From the human T2T-CHM13v2.0 reference genome, Homo sapiens, in the NCBI RefSeq assembly GCF_009914755.1, contig NC_060932.1: DNA of 64,000 nucleotides; one strand, given 5' to 3'. The notes below the pieces were generated by a model. It did not search any database and was not told where the DNA came from. It worked only from the letters and a program-made list of their open reading frames with translations. Below are positions 26,410-39,432 of the stretch, piece after piece (positions within the stretch are counted from its first letter, which is position 1; each line of letters begins with the position of its first letter). The translations under genes and the position numbers were made by a program.

Positions 26410-27229
26410 ATACCCAGGATTGATTAGAAATGGACGTGAGTGTCGTGAAGGAAGAAGTTGTTATACTCTTAGGTTCTTGGAAACAAGAGGCAAGGCACGC
26501 CATGCAGGGCCACACGTGGGGAAGCAGCAGGTGAGTCAGAAGGCAGAGGAGTGGGGGAGTATGGACCACAGTTTTTCTTTTTTGAAATGGAGTCTCGCTC
26601 TGTCACCCAGGCTGGAGTGCAGTGGTGCAATCTCGCCTCACTGAAACCTCTGTCTCCTGGGTTTAAGCCATTCTCCTGCCTCAGCCTCCTGAGTAGGTGG
26701 GATTACAGGCACATGCCACCACACCCGGCTAATTTTTGTATTTTTAGTAGAGATGGGATTTCATCATGTTGGTCAGGCTGGTCTTGAACTCCTGACCTCG
26801 TGATCTGCCCACCTTGACTTCCCAAAGTGCTGAGATTACAGGTGTGAGCCACCGCGCCAGGCCTGGACCACATTTTTACTGTTGTTTCTGTTGGAAGAAA
26901 CACAGGAGTCAGAGTGAGCAGGCTTAGGATTGGCTAGCTGACAAGCACAGTAGGCCACAGAATAGGGACTATCCCCAGTTGTCCGGTGTCTGGCCCTGGG
27001 CTGATGAGGGCAGGGTGTGATGTGTGAGTGGTCAATAAAGGAGGCAGTTGAGGGGTGTGGGCTCCAGTTTGGTTTGTTTGTACATGAAAGGTGAACTCAC
27101 AGGCCAGTTGTTTGCTCTTTCTCTGAATTAGCTAGCCCTGTGGGGGTGGGGGGAATCTCACCCGAGTCAGCAAGCCCCCAGATGCCAGAGCATCATGAAT
27201 ACAGAAAACGAGAAAACATAGTTAATACA
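26410..27229 (-). mobile_element. MER74A-like ERVL LTR, interrupted by an Alu
   Basis: The reverse complement starts TGTATTAACTATGTTTTCTCGTTTTCTGTATTCATGATGCTCTGGCATCTGGGGGCTTGCTGAC, as in MER74. The left boundary is approximate. Confidence 0.7.
26572..26863 (-). mobile_element. Alu SINE (AluSg-like)
   Basis: Antisense Alu with GACCTCGTGATC; TSD core TGGACCACA at 26562-26570 and 26864-26872. Confidence 0.95.
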
Positions 27230-27407
27230 GTAATGAATAATAATAGATTCAAAGTGAGAAAATAAGTGTCCTTCACTTGAATCTGCTTGAATTCCTCTTC
27301 CACAGATATTCCTCATTTAACATCATATCATGCCCAAATGAAGAACAATGTTTAAGAGGACATTGATTGGATTTGTATTAGAAAGTTTATTGTTCTTGAC
27401 CCCATTT

Positions 27408-27584
27408 TAGGGTTGTCAGATAAAATGCAGCCTCAAAGTTAAATTTCGGATAATAAAATTCTTGGTATAAATATGTCTATAATATGCATAGAACATATAC
27501 TAAAAATATGGAAAAATTGCTTACCTGATATTTACATTTAACTCCAAGCCTTTAATTTATTTTTTTGCAAAGTCTAGCTACCTA
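27408..27584. mobile_element. MER53 non-autonomous hAT DNA transposon
   Basis: Termini TAGGGTTGTCAGATAAAATGCAG ... GCAAAGTCTAGCTACCTA; near-palindromic, ~180 bp. Confidence 0.75.
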
Positions 27585-27902
27585 ATTTTATTTTGAAATA
27601 TTAAATGTAAGGTCTACTTTTCTGTTGTCAAAAATAAAATCAGATCCAGTTAGAAAATGTAAAAGTTTATTATCTTGTCATCAAGGAAGGTACACTGTGA
27701 TCCAGGAGACATTAAACTGAAACAGTAATTATTATTATTCTGTTTTGCAAAGTCTAGCTTCCTAATTTTATTTCGAAATATTAAATGTAAGGTCTACTTT
27801 GTTGATGTCAAAAATAAAATCAGATCCACTTAGAAAATGTAAAATTGTATCATCTTTTCTTTAAGGAGGGTACATTGTGATCCAGGAGACGTTAAACTGA
27901 AA
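27563..27902. repeat. Tandem duplication, two ~160-bp copies, period 180 bp
   Basis: 27563-27722 aligns ungapped to 27743-27902 with 15 mismatches (counted by eye). Confidence 0.95.
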
Positions 27903-28151
27903 GTGGTGAGAGGCTCAGAAGCACAGTTACAGGATGGTTTATAAAGTAAAAATGAAGAAATCATTTAACCTTTACAATGATTAGTTATTACAATGACGGT
28001 TTCCTGATAGCAGGAGATTTGTTAAAGATGACTGCTTTATGCCATTTTTGGAAGGCAACTCAAGTTTTCTTTATGATTATTAGAGACTTTACAAGAAATA
28101 ACCAAAGTTAAGTTTTGCTTATGTTCAGAAATTAAGCTGGCTTGTTCACGT

Positions 28152-28656
28152 TGTTGCTAACACAACGTTCTTGGCTTTCAATGCAATAGAAATTAACATG
28201 AAGTCTGGCACACTTTTCCTAGACAAGATTTTGAACACTTATGCCTGGAAAGGTTGGGGCTAAGGGAAACAGTGCAGGAGGAAGGGTTTCCTAGTTGGCT
28301 CCCCAAGGTGGGTCCTAGTGGTATCTAGAGGAGGGTACCATAAGTAAGTAATGAGCTCAGTAAGCATCCTTACATGTGGTGGGTAGAGCGCTGGTGCACA
28401 GGCCCAGTGAGAAATCATGCTAACACATGCATTGCATGGCATGATTAGAAAACAGTGGGGGAGATGTTAGTATTACAATGAGTTAAATGTTAGGGCCATC
28501 AACCTCCCGGTCTTGTGTGCATGATGGTAGGATCCCCTGCCTTGGGTAAGATTTGTAGCCAGTGTTGCGTGTCTTAGCGTTCTCAGATATTTTGCAAGGT
28601 CTCAGGGGGTTTCGGGCCAGTGCGGGTGGGCTGAGTCCTGTCTCCAGTCCATCTCA
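28152..28656 (-). mobile_element. ERV1 (MER4-group) solo LTR, family not assigned
   Basis: The reverse complement runs TGAGATGG...AATTTCTATTGCATTGAAAGCCAAGAACGTTGTGTTAGCAACA with TG..CA ends. 4-bp TSD ACGT/ATGT at 28148-28151 and 28657-28660. Confidence 0.7.
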
Positions 28657-29889
28657 ATGTGGCTTTCTCTGCTGTGAGAAGTCCCATGACTGGTCTCCAT
28701 CTTATTATATTTAAAGCTGGTTACCTCACATTTCTGAAGAAACTCATCTCATCCTGAGCTATTGAACGGACATTGTTTGAATAAACCTTGGCATTATGCC
28801 TATTTCAGCTTTCATTGAAGGTGCAATCTTAAATGAGTTATGATTAGCACATCATCTTTTTCCCTCAAATATAATAAAAGGCATATATTTTCCTTAATAA
28901 CTGTGTAACATTCACATTTTCTGTTTAATATCTGTATATCTGCAACATGCAATTCATCACACATTTCTAATTAACTTCTAATTTTGGATTAATTTCCTTT
29001 TTCTTTCTTTGGGCTTTCCTAATGAGACAATAAGTTACATTTGCAAAGGGCCCATATTAGCAATACTTGCTTGATGATAACATCTTGTGGGTAGTTATCA
29101 TATAATTGTCTTTTTAAAATTATTTTCCCAGTTGTTAGGTTGGTTGCTGTTCATTGTACCCGCCAAATGTGTCATAGTCCCACCAAAGGAAGCAGATTTC
29201 CCTGTGGAACTTTTACGGAAGTTTTGGTTAAAAAGAAAATGAAAGAAGTTAACGTGTGTAGAAGCCAATGGAACTAATGGCTAAGCATTCTAGAAGTGAC
29301 ATATAATTGGAAGTGATAGGTCAGGGTTCAATTCTCTGTTGTACACTTACTAACTCTGAACTACCAGGTACGTAGTCATTACATTTTCCTAGCCTCAACT
29401 CTCTCTTATGTTTTAAAAGAAAAAATTAAAACCACACTTAGAATGATGTAAGATCAGAATAGACACTAAAATTGAAAAAAAAAGTTTTGTAAATGGTAAA
29501 AAGCTGCACTCATAAGTGATCTTTATGGTTTTTTTCCTGCAGTGTGATTAATGCCACTAAAATAAAAGCAGTGACAATGTCCACATTCTATTTCAAGTCT
29601 GTGTTGATTATGTCCCTATTATGTGCAAGTCTCTGCAGGGGAAAGTGTGTGAGGTAGACAATTTAAACAAATCAACCGAATTTCTTTCCCAAACTGACAC
29701 TGTAGTAGAAAAAATACGCATTGCTTTTCTCAATAAGCATTTATCAAGGACTTACCTGGGATCAAGGGCAGTGTAGATTTGAAGGATAGAGTCATAATGG
29801 AATGTTTAATGGGATGTTTTCTGGGTCCCCTACCATTGCTTACAAAGACAAACTGAGGCAAGAAAAGACCTTAAGCAACATCACCTTCT

Positions 29890-30075
29890 GTAGCTATGGC
29901 TCTCCAGCTGAGCAACACATTAGAACCAAATAGGAAGTTTTTTGCTTTTGTTGTTGATTTGTTTTGTTTAATTTTTGATACCCAGTCTGCACAACAAAAA
30001 TTTACATCCCAACATTTGGAGTGCTTTGTAATATTCTCCAGGTGATTCCAGCATGCAGGCAAAATTACTTCAGAA
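29890..30075. mobile_element. MER5-like hAT-Charlie relic
   Basis: CACATTAGAACCA...CTCCAGGTGATTCCAGCATGCAGGCAAAATT motifs. Confidence 0.5.
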
Positions 30076-31069
30076 TTGTTGTTCTAAAAAGCATGTGATT
30101 CGCTACAATTCACATCCTGCCTCCAGATCTTCGGAAGTGGTGTGTAATTTGGCTTCGGTTGGCCCCATTGACACTTCACCACACCCCCACAGTCCTCATC
30201 CTCAAGGCTGCTGTGGGGAAGAGCAGTTCTTTGCCCAGGTTGGGCTTCATGGCTTTTCCTAGAGCCCTAAAAGAGAGCTATTTTCAGAGACCAGTGTGTC
30301 CTCCTCTTCACCTCCACACCCGAGGAAGCAAAACCAGAAGAGGGAGGGGAGGAGAAGAAGAGGGGCTGGATATCCTGCCTGAACAGGAGGGAGGAGTGCG
30401 GGGGATGTGAGAGTGTACCCAGCATGACTAGCAACTGAAAATCAGCCCAGAGGCATGGACCAGAATGCAATGTGAAGGGGTAGGGATGAGAAATTCCACA
30501 GAACATGATTGAAGGTAGTGACTAAAAATGAAAGAAAATAATTCCATACTGAAATCTTGCCAAATTCTAACTCTTCAAAACCTTAGAGAGAGGAAAAAAA
30601 AGAAAGAAAAAAGATACAGTGTCTTCCCTAGGGAAATTCAGAGTCTGGATGGAGATCAGAGTCATATGAATAAATAAACAGTGCAAAGTTTAAAAGGAGC
30701 TGTGCTAGAAATCTCTAGGCTCTAAACAAATGTAAAAATGGATGCAGCACACTTTACAGGGGTTGGGGGCCAGAAAATACTTTGATGAGAAAGTGTCCCT
30801 TCTAACATGAGTGAGCTCTGAGCATAATAAAGAGAAACAGTCCTTTGAGAAAGAGACAAAGGGGATCATTGAGAAAAGGCTGGGATGTTTAATAAAATAG
30901 ATGTAGGTCAATATGGCTGAAGGACAATTAGGACTGGTACCTAAAAAGGTCATTATCTAAATGGCATGAGAATAACAATGATTCAAGAATCCTCTAGGTT
31001 CTGGGATAGAACAGTAAAAGAAAATATATTAAAATGTTTGACCTCATGATCCATCATTATTTAATTTAA

Positions 31070-31220
31070 ACTTTATAAGAAATCATTGAGATAGGGTATG
31101 AATAACATTTTTTATAGATGAGAAAACTGAGGCGTGGGAGAGTTTCATTAACTTGCCTGACATCAAACAGTTATTGTAGAATTGGGATTTGATCCTGTAT
31201 ATCTTTCTCTGACTTTCAAA
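31070..31220 (-). mobile_element. MIR SINE relic
   Basis: TTTTATAGATGAGAAAACTGAGGC...TAACTTGCCTGACATCAAACAG...GGGATTTGATCC. Confidence 0.75.
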
Positions 31221-31624
31221 ACTATAGTTTATATTCTTCCATCTGTGGAAAATAATTTAAATTGAAGAAACTGTTCTTAAAGTAACAATCCTTAAATTAT
31301 GCCTTACGGTGTGTGTGTCTGATTTCAGCTTTGTAGTGAAGTAGAGCGATGTCTGAACTTTATCTTCACCACTTGGTAGTAGTGGTGGATTGCTTGTGTT
31401 GTTTCAATGGCTGACTTTTTTATACACCTGTTATAAGCTGATAGTTTTCTTCATGACATGAGGCTTTGCCAGGTCACTTGGTTTGTCCAGTGGGAAGTTA
31501 ACAAGTGGGATGTAAACAGGCTTGAAACATGAGTGAATTTCTGCTTTCATGCTTATACCATTGGGTTTGCTCTCTCTTGCTTCTCCACAATTGCCAGGCT
31601 TCAGGGGGGATTTGCAAGACAAGT

Positions 31625-32090
31625 TGTTGCAGATTAAAATGGCCTGAAGCTCTTTGCTGCTTTTCCCATCAAAAAGCGGAATGTGTTTCATCACCTCAAG
31701 AATATGGCTCGGCTTGTGACTTGCCGTTAACAACACAGAAGGAGTTGTGTGACTTCCAAGCTGCACCTCCATATACCTGTCAGCATTCATTCTCACTTTC
31801 TTGCAATGCAGTGACTACTATGTGAAGAAGGAAAAACTAGCCTCTCTGAGGTTGAGAGAGCAATTTGGGAGAAAAGAAGAATCACTGCAGCCAGCACCAA
31901 CTGCCAGGCATGGGGGTGAGGCAATATTAGGCTATCTGGACTTCACTGAGCCACTGGGAAACCTCATATAAGATGGATGAAGCATAGCCCAAATTGCTGA
32001 TCCACAAAATTGGATCACAAAAGGTGGATGTTGTAAGCCTCTAAGCTTGGGGATGATTTGTTACAGGGAGGAAAAGATAGCTGATGTACA
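31625..32090 (+). mobile_element. MLT1G-like LTR nested in the MLT1H-like LTR
   Basis: Separate LTR start TGTTGCAGATTAAAATGGCC and end TAAGCTTGGGGATGATTTGTTACAG...GATAGCTGATG. Confidence 0.6.
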
Positions 32091-32852
32091 TGCGGAGGAA
32101 AGCCCAATTGTACTATCCAAAGCCACCCTAGAACAGTCAGTACCCAGCTAACCAGTCAGTTGACTATGAATATATAAGCAAGCCCAGTTGAGGTCAGTTG
32201 ATCTTGGACATAATCAGTACAACAGGATTGAGAGAAACAACAGATAGATTTTTTTGGGGGGTGCTTTGTTACACAGTTGGTTCATAGACATAAAATCAGT
32301 ACCATAGGAGACATAATCTTAGAACAAAACCCCAAATATGTGATGCTAGCTTTGGGATCAGGTAGCATGCAGAGGCTAGAAAACTAGCAATGACACTTAG
32401 CAATTTGTTAGTACAGGCTAGAGAAAGGGTTAGTAAATTATTAGCAGAGGTTAAAAAATGCTTAAACATTCTAGAAGAATAGAAAACTAGCCTCCAATAG
32501 CAATCCATGTTATGTAATTTAAAGCGTTTGTTAAAAATGTATGTAGTGATAGGTGGGAAATTAGAACAGTTTAGCAAATTCACTTTCAGATATTTAAAAA
32601 CATTTTAAACATTTTCTAGCAGAATGTTAAAAGGTCAGAAAGTTGCTCAAAATGTTATAAGAGGTTACAAGAAAGAGATAAGTTAAAAGAAAACTGACAC
32701 ACTTAGAAATGGAATTTAGAGTGAGTGTATTTAGAATAGAAATTAAAACTGATTAACATCTCCATCCTCTCAAGCTGTTAAAAACAAAAGGGCACACACT
32801 CAGGATAAAAGTTAAACTAAGTTTCCGCAATAATTTGTTATTAAGATATCTA

Positions 32853-33139
<287 letters not shown>

Positions 33140-33190
33140 AAGATATCTAAATGTGTTATGATAGAATCTACAGTCAACTCTATTATCTAG

Positions 33191-33196
33191 ATAAAA

Positions 33197-33231
<35 letters not shown>

Positions 33232-33234
33232 AAA
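33191..33234. repeat. (TAAA)n microsatellite
   Basis: About 10 TAAA units. Confidence 0.9.
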
Positions 33235-34750
33235 GCAAACCCCCCCAAAAAGCAAAAACAAAAACAAAAACATCTGAGGAATCTCATGGGCATTTTCCCA
33301 CAACAGCCAAACTCCCAGAATAGAAACAATTAAGTCTATATAGAGAAATACACATTAGATGTGGTTTTTCTCAAATCAGATATTTTCCATTCAAGTTCAT
33401 AGGAGGTTCACACAATTACAATTAAGAGAATTGTACAGGTGAAGGTGCCATATGGGTGAACCAAAAAGGACTGGAACTAGTTAATTTTTTAAGAGAAATT
33501 CTTCATCTCCAACTATCTACAAGGCAAAAGCAGGTTGAAAAATTTTATCGATGACATATTTTCCAATGCTTCCTTCAGAAGTGAATATGGAAGACAATGG
33601 AAAACGAAAGATCTTCCAGAGGGCAGATGTATGTGTCTTAAGCAACACACTGAAAAGCCACATAGAAAGCATAACCAATGTCCGGTCAAATAATTTTTCT
33701 ATCTGTGAACTAGGGAACTTTATACTGGCCCAAGTGAAGTTTGGATTTTCTATTGAGCAACGTCTGGTGGTCCTCCATTCCTTCCTTTTTTTGAAAGTAA
33801 ATGATAATTGTAATTATCTTGTGTCCATCTCACCAGTTTATCATGAGTGTATATGTAGAACGATGTAACAATTTTTTAGTTCCTGGGTTTCTGGAACAAG
33901 AAGAGTCACATCAGGTCTGATGTACATCACATGATTCTGGAAATAGAGACTAAATTCCAATGAGAAGTGTGGTTATAAGATTTGTAAGATCCTTTTTTAA
34001 GACCTCTGAATGTATTAAGGTGATTTCTAGTCAACATTCTCACCCATAGTTTACTACTAGGAATCTTAAGGCCATTGACCAAATTAGACTCCGAGAGTTT
34101 TAAGAAAGGTAAATGTATTTTTTGCACGATAGAGGATTGTGAATAATTGGGACCAGAACATAGGTATTGGCCTATTAGTTCAGTTGATTTTCATAATTTA
34201 GGTAATATGAATGCTCTTTGCCCCATAACTTTGTATCTCGTCTCACTTTGATTTATCTTGTCTATGTGATTTCCTTTGACCAATCAGATGCTAGCAAATA
34301 TGAGATGGCAAAAACTGGAAAGCTTGTATGCATCTCTGCTCATTCTCTTAAACAATTTAGTGTGCTTGCTATTGCTTCTGTGTAATCAATATGAAAATAT
34401 GTATAGGCTAGTCAGAGAATCTGCTTGGGCTAGCCTGCTAGAGGAATATGAGACACACGGAGAGGACCTTAGCATTCCCAGGCCCGGACTCATGAACAAA
34501 TTTAGCAGAGATCAGCAGAACATGCCCACATCAGTAAACTGCTCTGCGTACTCCTAGAAACAAGAGAACAATAAATCCATAAAATATTAAGCCACTATGT
34601 TGTAGGGTGGTTGGTTGCATAGCAAGAGTTAACACTTTCAGTGGTATATTAGCTATGAGAGTCTATGTGAATTTAGTTTTGTATTATCTATGCCAGCATG
34701 GGTAATTTCAGCACAAATCAAATTTTTTATCTTTTAATTGGTGTTAATAA

Positions 34751-35121
<371 letters not shown>

Positions 35122-36857
35122 CTATGTTTAAGTCTTTAATCCATTTTGTGTTGATTTTTGTTTATAGTGTGAGCTAAGAGTCTCAATTATTCTTCTGCAT
35201 GTGGAAATTCAGTTTTTACCTTATTTATTTAGCAAACTGTCATTTTTCTCATTGTGTCTTCTTGGCACCTTTGTCAAAAGTCAATTGACTATACGTTTGT
35301 GGGTTTATTTCTGGGGTCTCTATTCTGTATCATTGGTTAATGTGTCACTTTTTTCCCCAATACCATAGTTTGAAATCAGACAGTCTGATACCTCCAGCTT
35401 TGTTCTTTTTGCTCATGATTGCCTTAGTTATTCAGAGGTTTTTTTGTGTCTGTGATTCCATATGCATTTTGAAATTGTTTTTCTATTTCTATGAAAAATG
35501 ACATTAGAATATTGATAGAGATTGAATTGAATCTGTAGATTGTTTTGGGTAGTAAGGACATTTAAACAGTATTAATTCTTTTAATGCCTGAACATGGAAT
35601 ATCTTTTCATTAATTTTCATCTTCTTTAATTTCTTTCATTAACATTTTATAGCTTACAGTGTACAGGTTTTTACCCCCTTAGTTCAATTTATTGCTAAGT
35701 ATTTTGTTTACTTTTTTGTACTTATTATAAATGGGATTTTTATCTCTATTTCTTTTTAAGATAGTTTTTTTGCTAGTGTATAAATATGCTACTGATTTGT
35801 GTGTGCTGATTTTGTATCTTACAACTTTATTCATGCTTAGTTTTAACAGTTCTTTTGAAGGAATCTTAACAGGTTGTTGTATATAAAATAATAGTGTCAG
35901 CAAGCAGTGACAATTTCACTCTTCTTTTCCTTTTTGAAAGTCTTCTATTTATTTGTCTTGCCTAATTGCTCTGGTAGTGACATCTACAACTATCTTAAAT
36001 CGAAGAGGCAAGAGTGGGTATCCTTGTCTTTTTCCTAATCTTAGAGGAAAGGCTTTCAATTTTTCACTGTTGTGTATAATGTTAGCTGTAGGGATTTCAT
36101 AAATGACCTTTACTGTGTTGAGGTACATTCCTGCTATACCTAATTTGGTGAGAGGTAATATCATGGAAGGATGTTGAATTTTTCAAATGTTTTTTCTACA
36201 TCTAATGGGATGATCACATGACTTCTGGCTTTCATTCTGTTAATGTGATGTATCAGATTTATTGATTTCTGTATATTGAAACATCTTTGCATTTTAGGGC
36301 TAAATCCTACTTGATCATGGTTGATTATATTTTTAATGTGGTCTGAAGTTCAGTTTGTTAGTATATTTTTGAGGATTTGTACATCCATGTTCATCAAGGA
36401 TATTGGTCTGTAATTTTCTTTCTTTTGTAATGTCCTTTCTGGTTTTGATATCAGGGTAACAATGGACTCATAAGAAGAGCTTGAAAGTATTCCCACTTTG
36501 ATTTATGGAAAAACCTGAAAAAGACTGGCGTTAGTTCCTCTTTAAATATTTGGTATAATTAGACCACAAGTCATCAGGTTGTGGGATTTTCCTTGAAGAG
36601 GGACTTATTATCACGATTCAATCCCCTCACTTACTATTGGTTTGTTCATATGTTCTATTTGCCCATAATTTAATCTTGGTAGGTTGTATTTGTATAGAAA
36701 TCTATCAGTTTCTTATAGTTTGTCAAATTTGTTGGTGTATAAATATTTATAGTAGGTTATTATGATTGTTTGCATTTCTATGGTATCAGTTATAATGTCT
36801 CCTCTTTCATTTTCGATTGTTTTTCTTTTCGTCTTGTCTTTTTTTTTTTTCAGGTAG

Positions 36858-37794
36858 TGATATAGTTTGCCTCTGTGTCTCCGCACAATTCTCTCCTTGA
36901 ATTGTAATCCCCATAATCCCCAGATGTCAAGGGCAGGACCAGGTAGAGGTAACTGCGAAGTGGCTACATTGTCTGGGGTAAATACCCGGGGCTCATCGTC
37001 TGGTGCCAAAAATATTTAAGACATGGACACACACGAGGAGTTTAGGAGTGGAGATTTAATAGAGAGAAAGGGAAAGGAAAACAGCTCTCTCTCTAGTGAG
37101 AGAGCGGGGACTTCTGAGAAGAAAAGACTGGCTGGTGGCAGAGTATGTAGGATTTATTGGCAGGCTTGAGGAGGCGGTGTCTGATTTACCTAGGGATCAC
37201 AGATTGGTTCGATCAGGTGTGATGTTTACATAGGGTGAAGGAAGGATGGTAGCTCCACCCTAATTTTATTATGCAAATGAACTTTCCCCTTGGCCAGTGC
37301 CATCTTGTCTGCTCCTTACTGTAGAAGTGACTGGCAGAGAAGGGAACATGGGGCCACCATTTTGAACGTGATTGGCACAACTGCCAGCATCTATGTCTGC
37401 AGCTCAATTTTACAGGCTGCTAGAAAGGAAAATGATTTGGGGCTTTTCATTAAAAGGAAAACCTTACCTAGGGCTTTTGTACCCTCACTATCTGCCTAAG
37501 TAATTTTGTCTTAACTCCCGTATCACTTGGATCATGGGGGCAGTTTCCCCATGCTGTTCTAGTGACAGCGAATGAGTCTCACGAGATCTGATGGTTTTAT
37601 AGGTGTCTGGCATTTTCCCTGCTTGCACTCATTCTCTCTCCTGCTGACCTGTGAAGAGATGCCTTCTGCCATAATTGTAAATTTCCTGAGGCCTTGCCAG
37701 CCATGCGGAACTGTGAGGCAATTAAACTTGTTTTCTTTATAAATTACCCAGTCTCAGGTATTTCTTCATAGCAGCATGAGAACGGACTAATACA
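36858..37794 (+). mobile_element. THE1D-like MaLR solo LTR, interrupted by LTR9
   Basis: TGATATAGTTTGCCTCTGTGTC...GAACGGACTAATACA; perfect 5-bp TSD GGTAG at 36853-36857 and 37795-37799. Confidence 0.9.
36956..37525 (-). mobile_element. LTR9-family (HUERS-P3) solo LTR
   Basis: The reverse complement starts TGATACGGGAGTTAAGACAAAATTACTTAGGCAGATAGTGAGGGTAC. It is inserted in the THE1 ATTG site, with flanks ACTG/CTTG. Confidence 0.8.
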
Positions 37795-37875
37795 GGTAGC
37801 TAAAGTTTGCCTATTTGGTTTATCTTTTCAAAACAACCCACTTATTGCTTTGTTGATCCTTTGTATTATTTTTCT

Positions 37876-39432
<1,557 letters not shown>

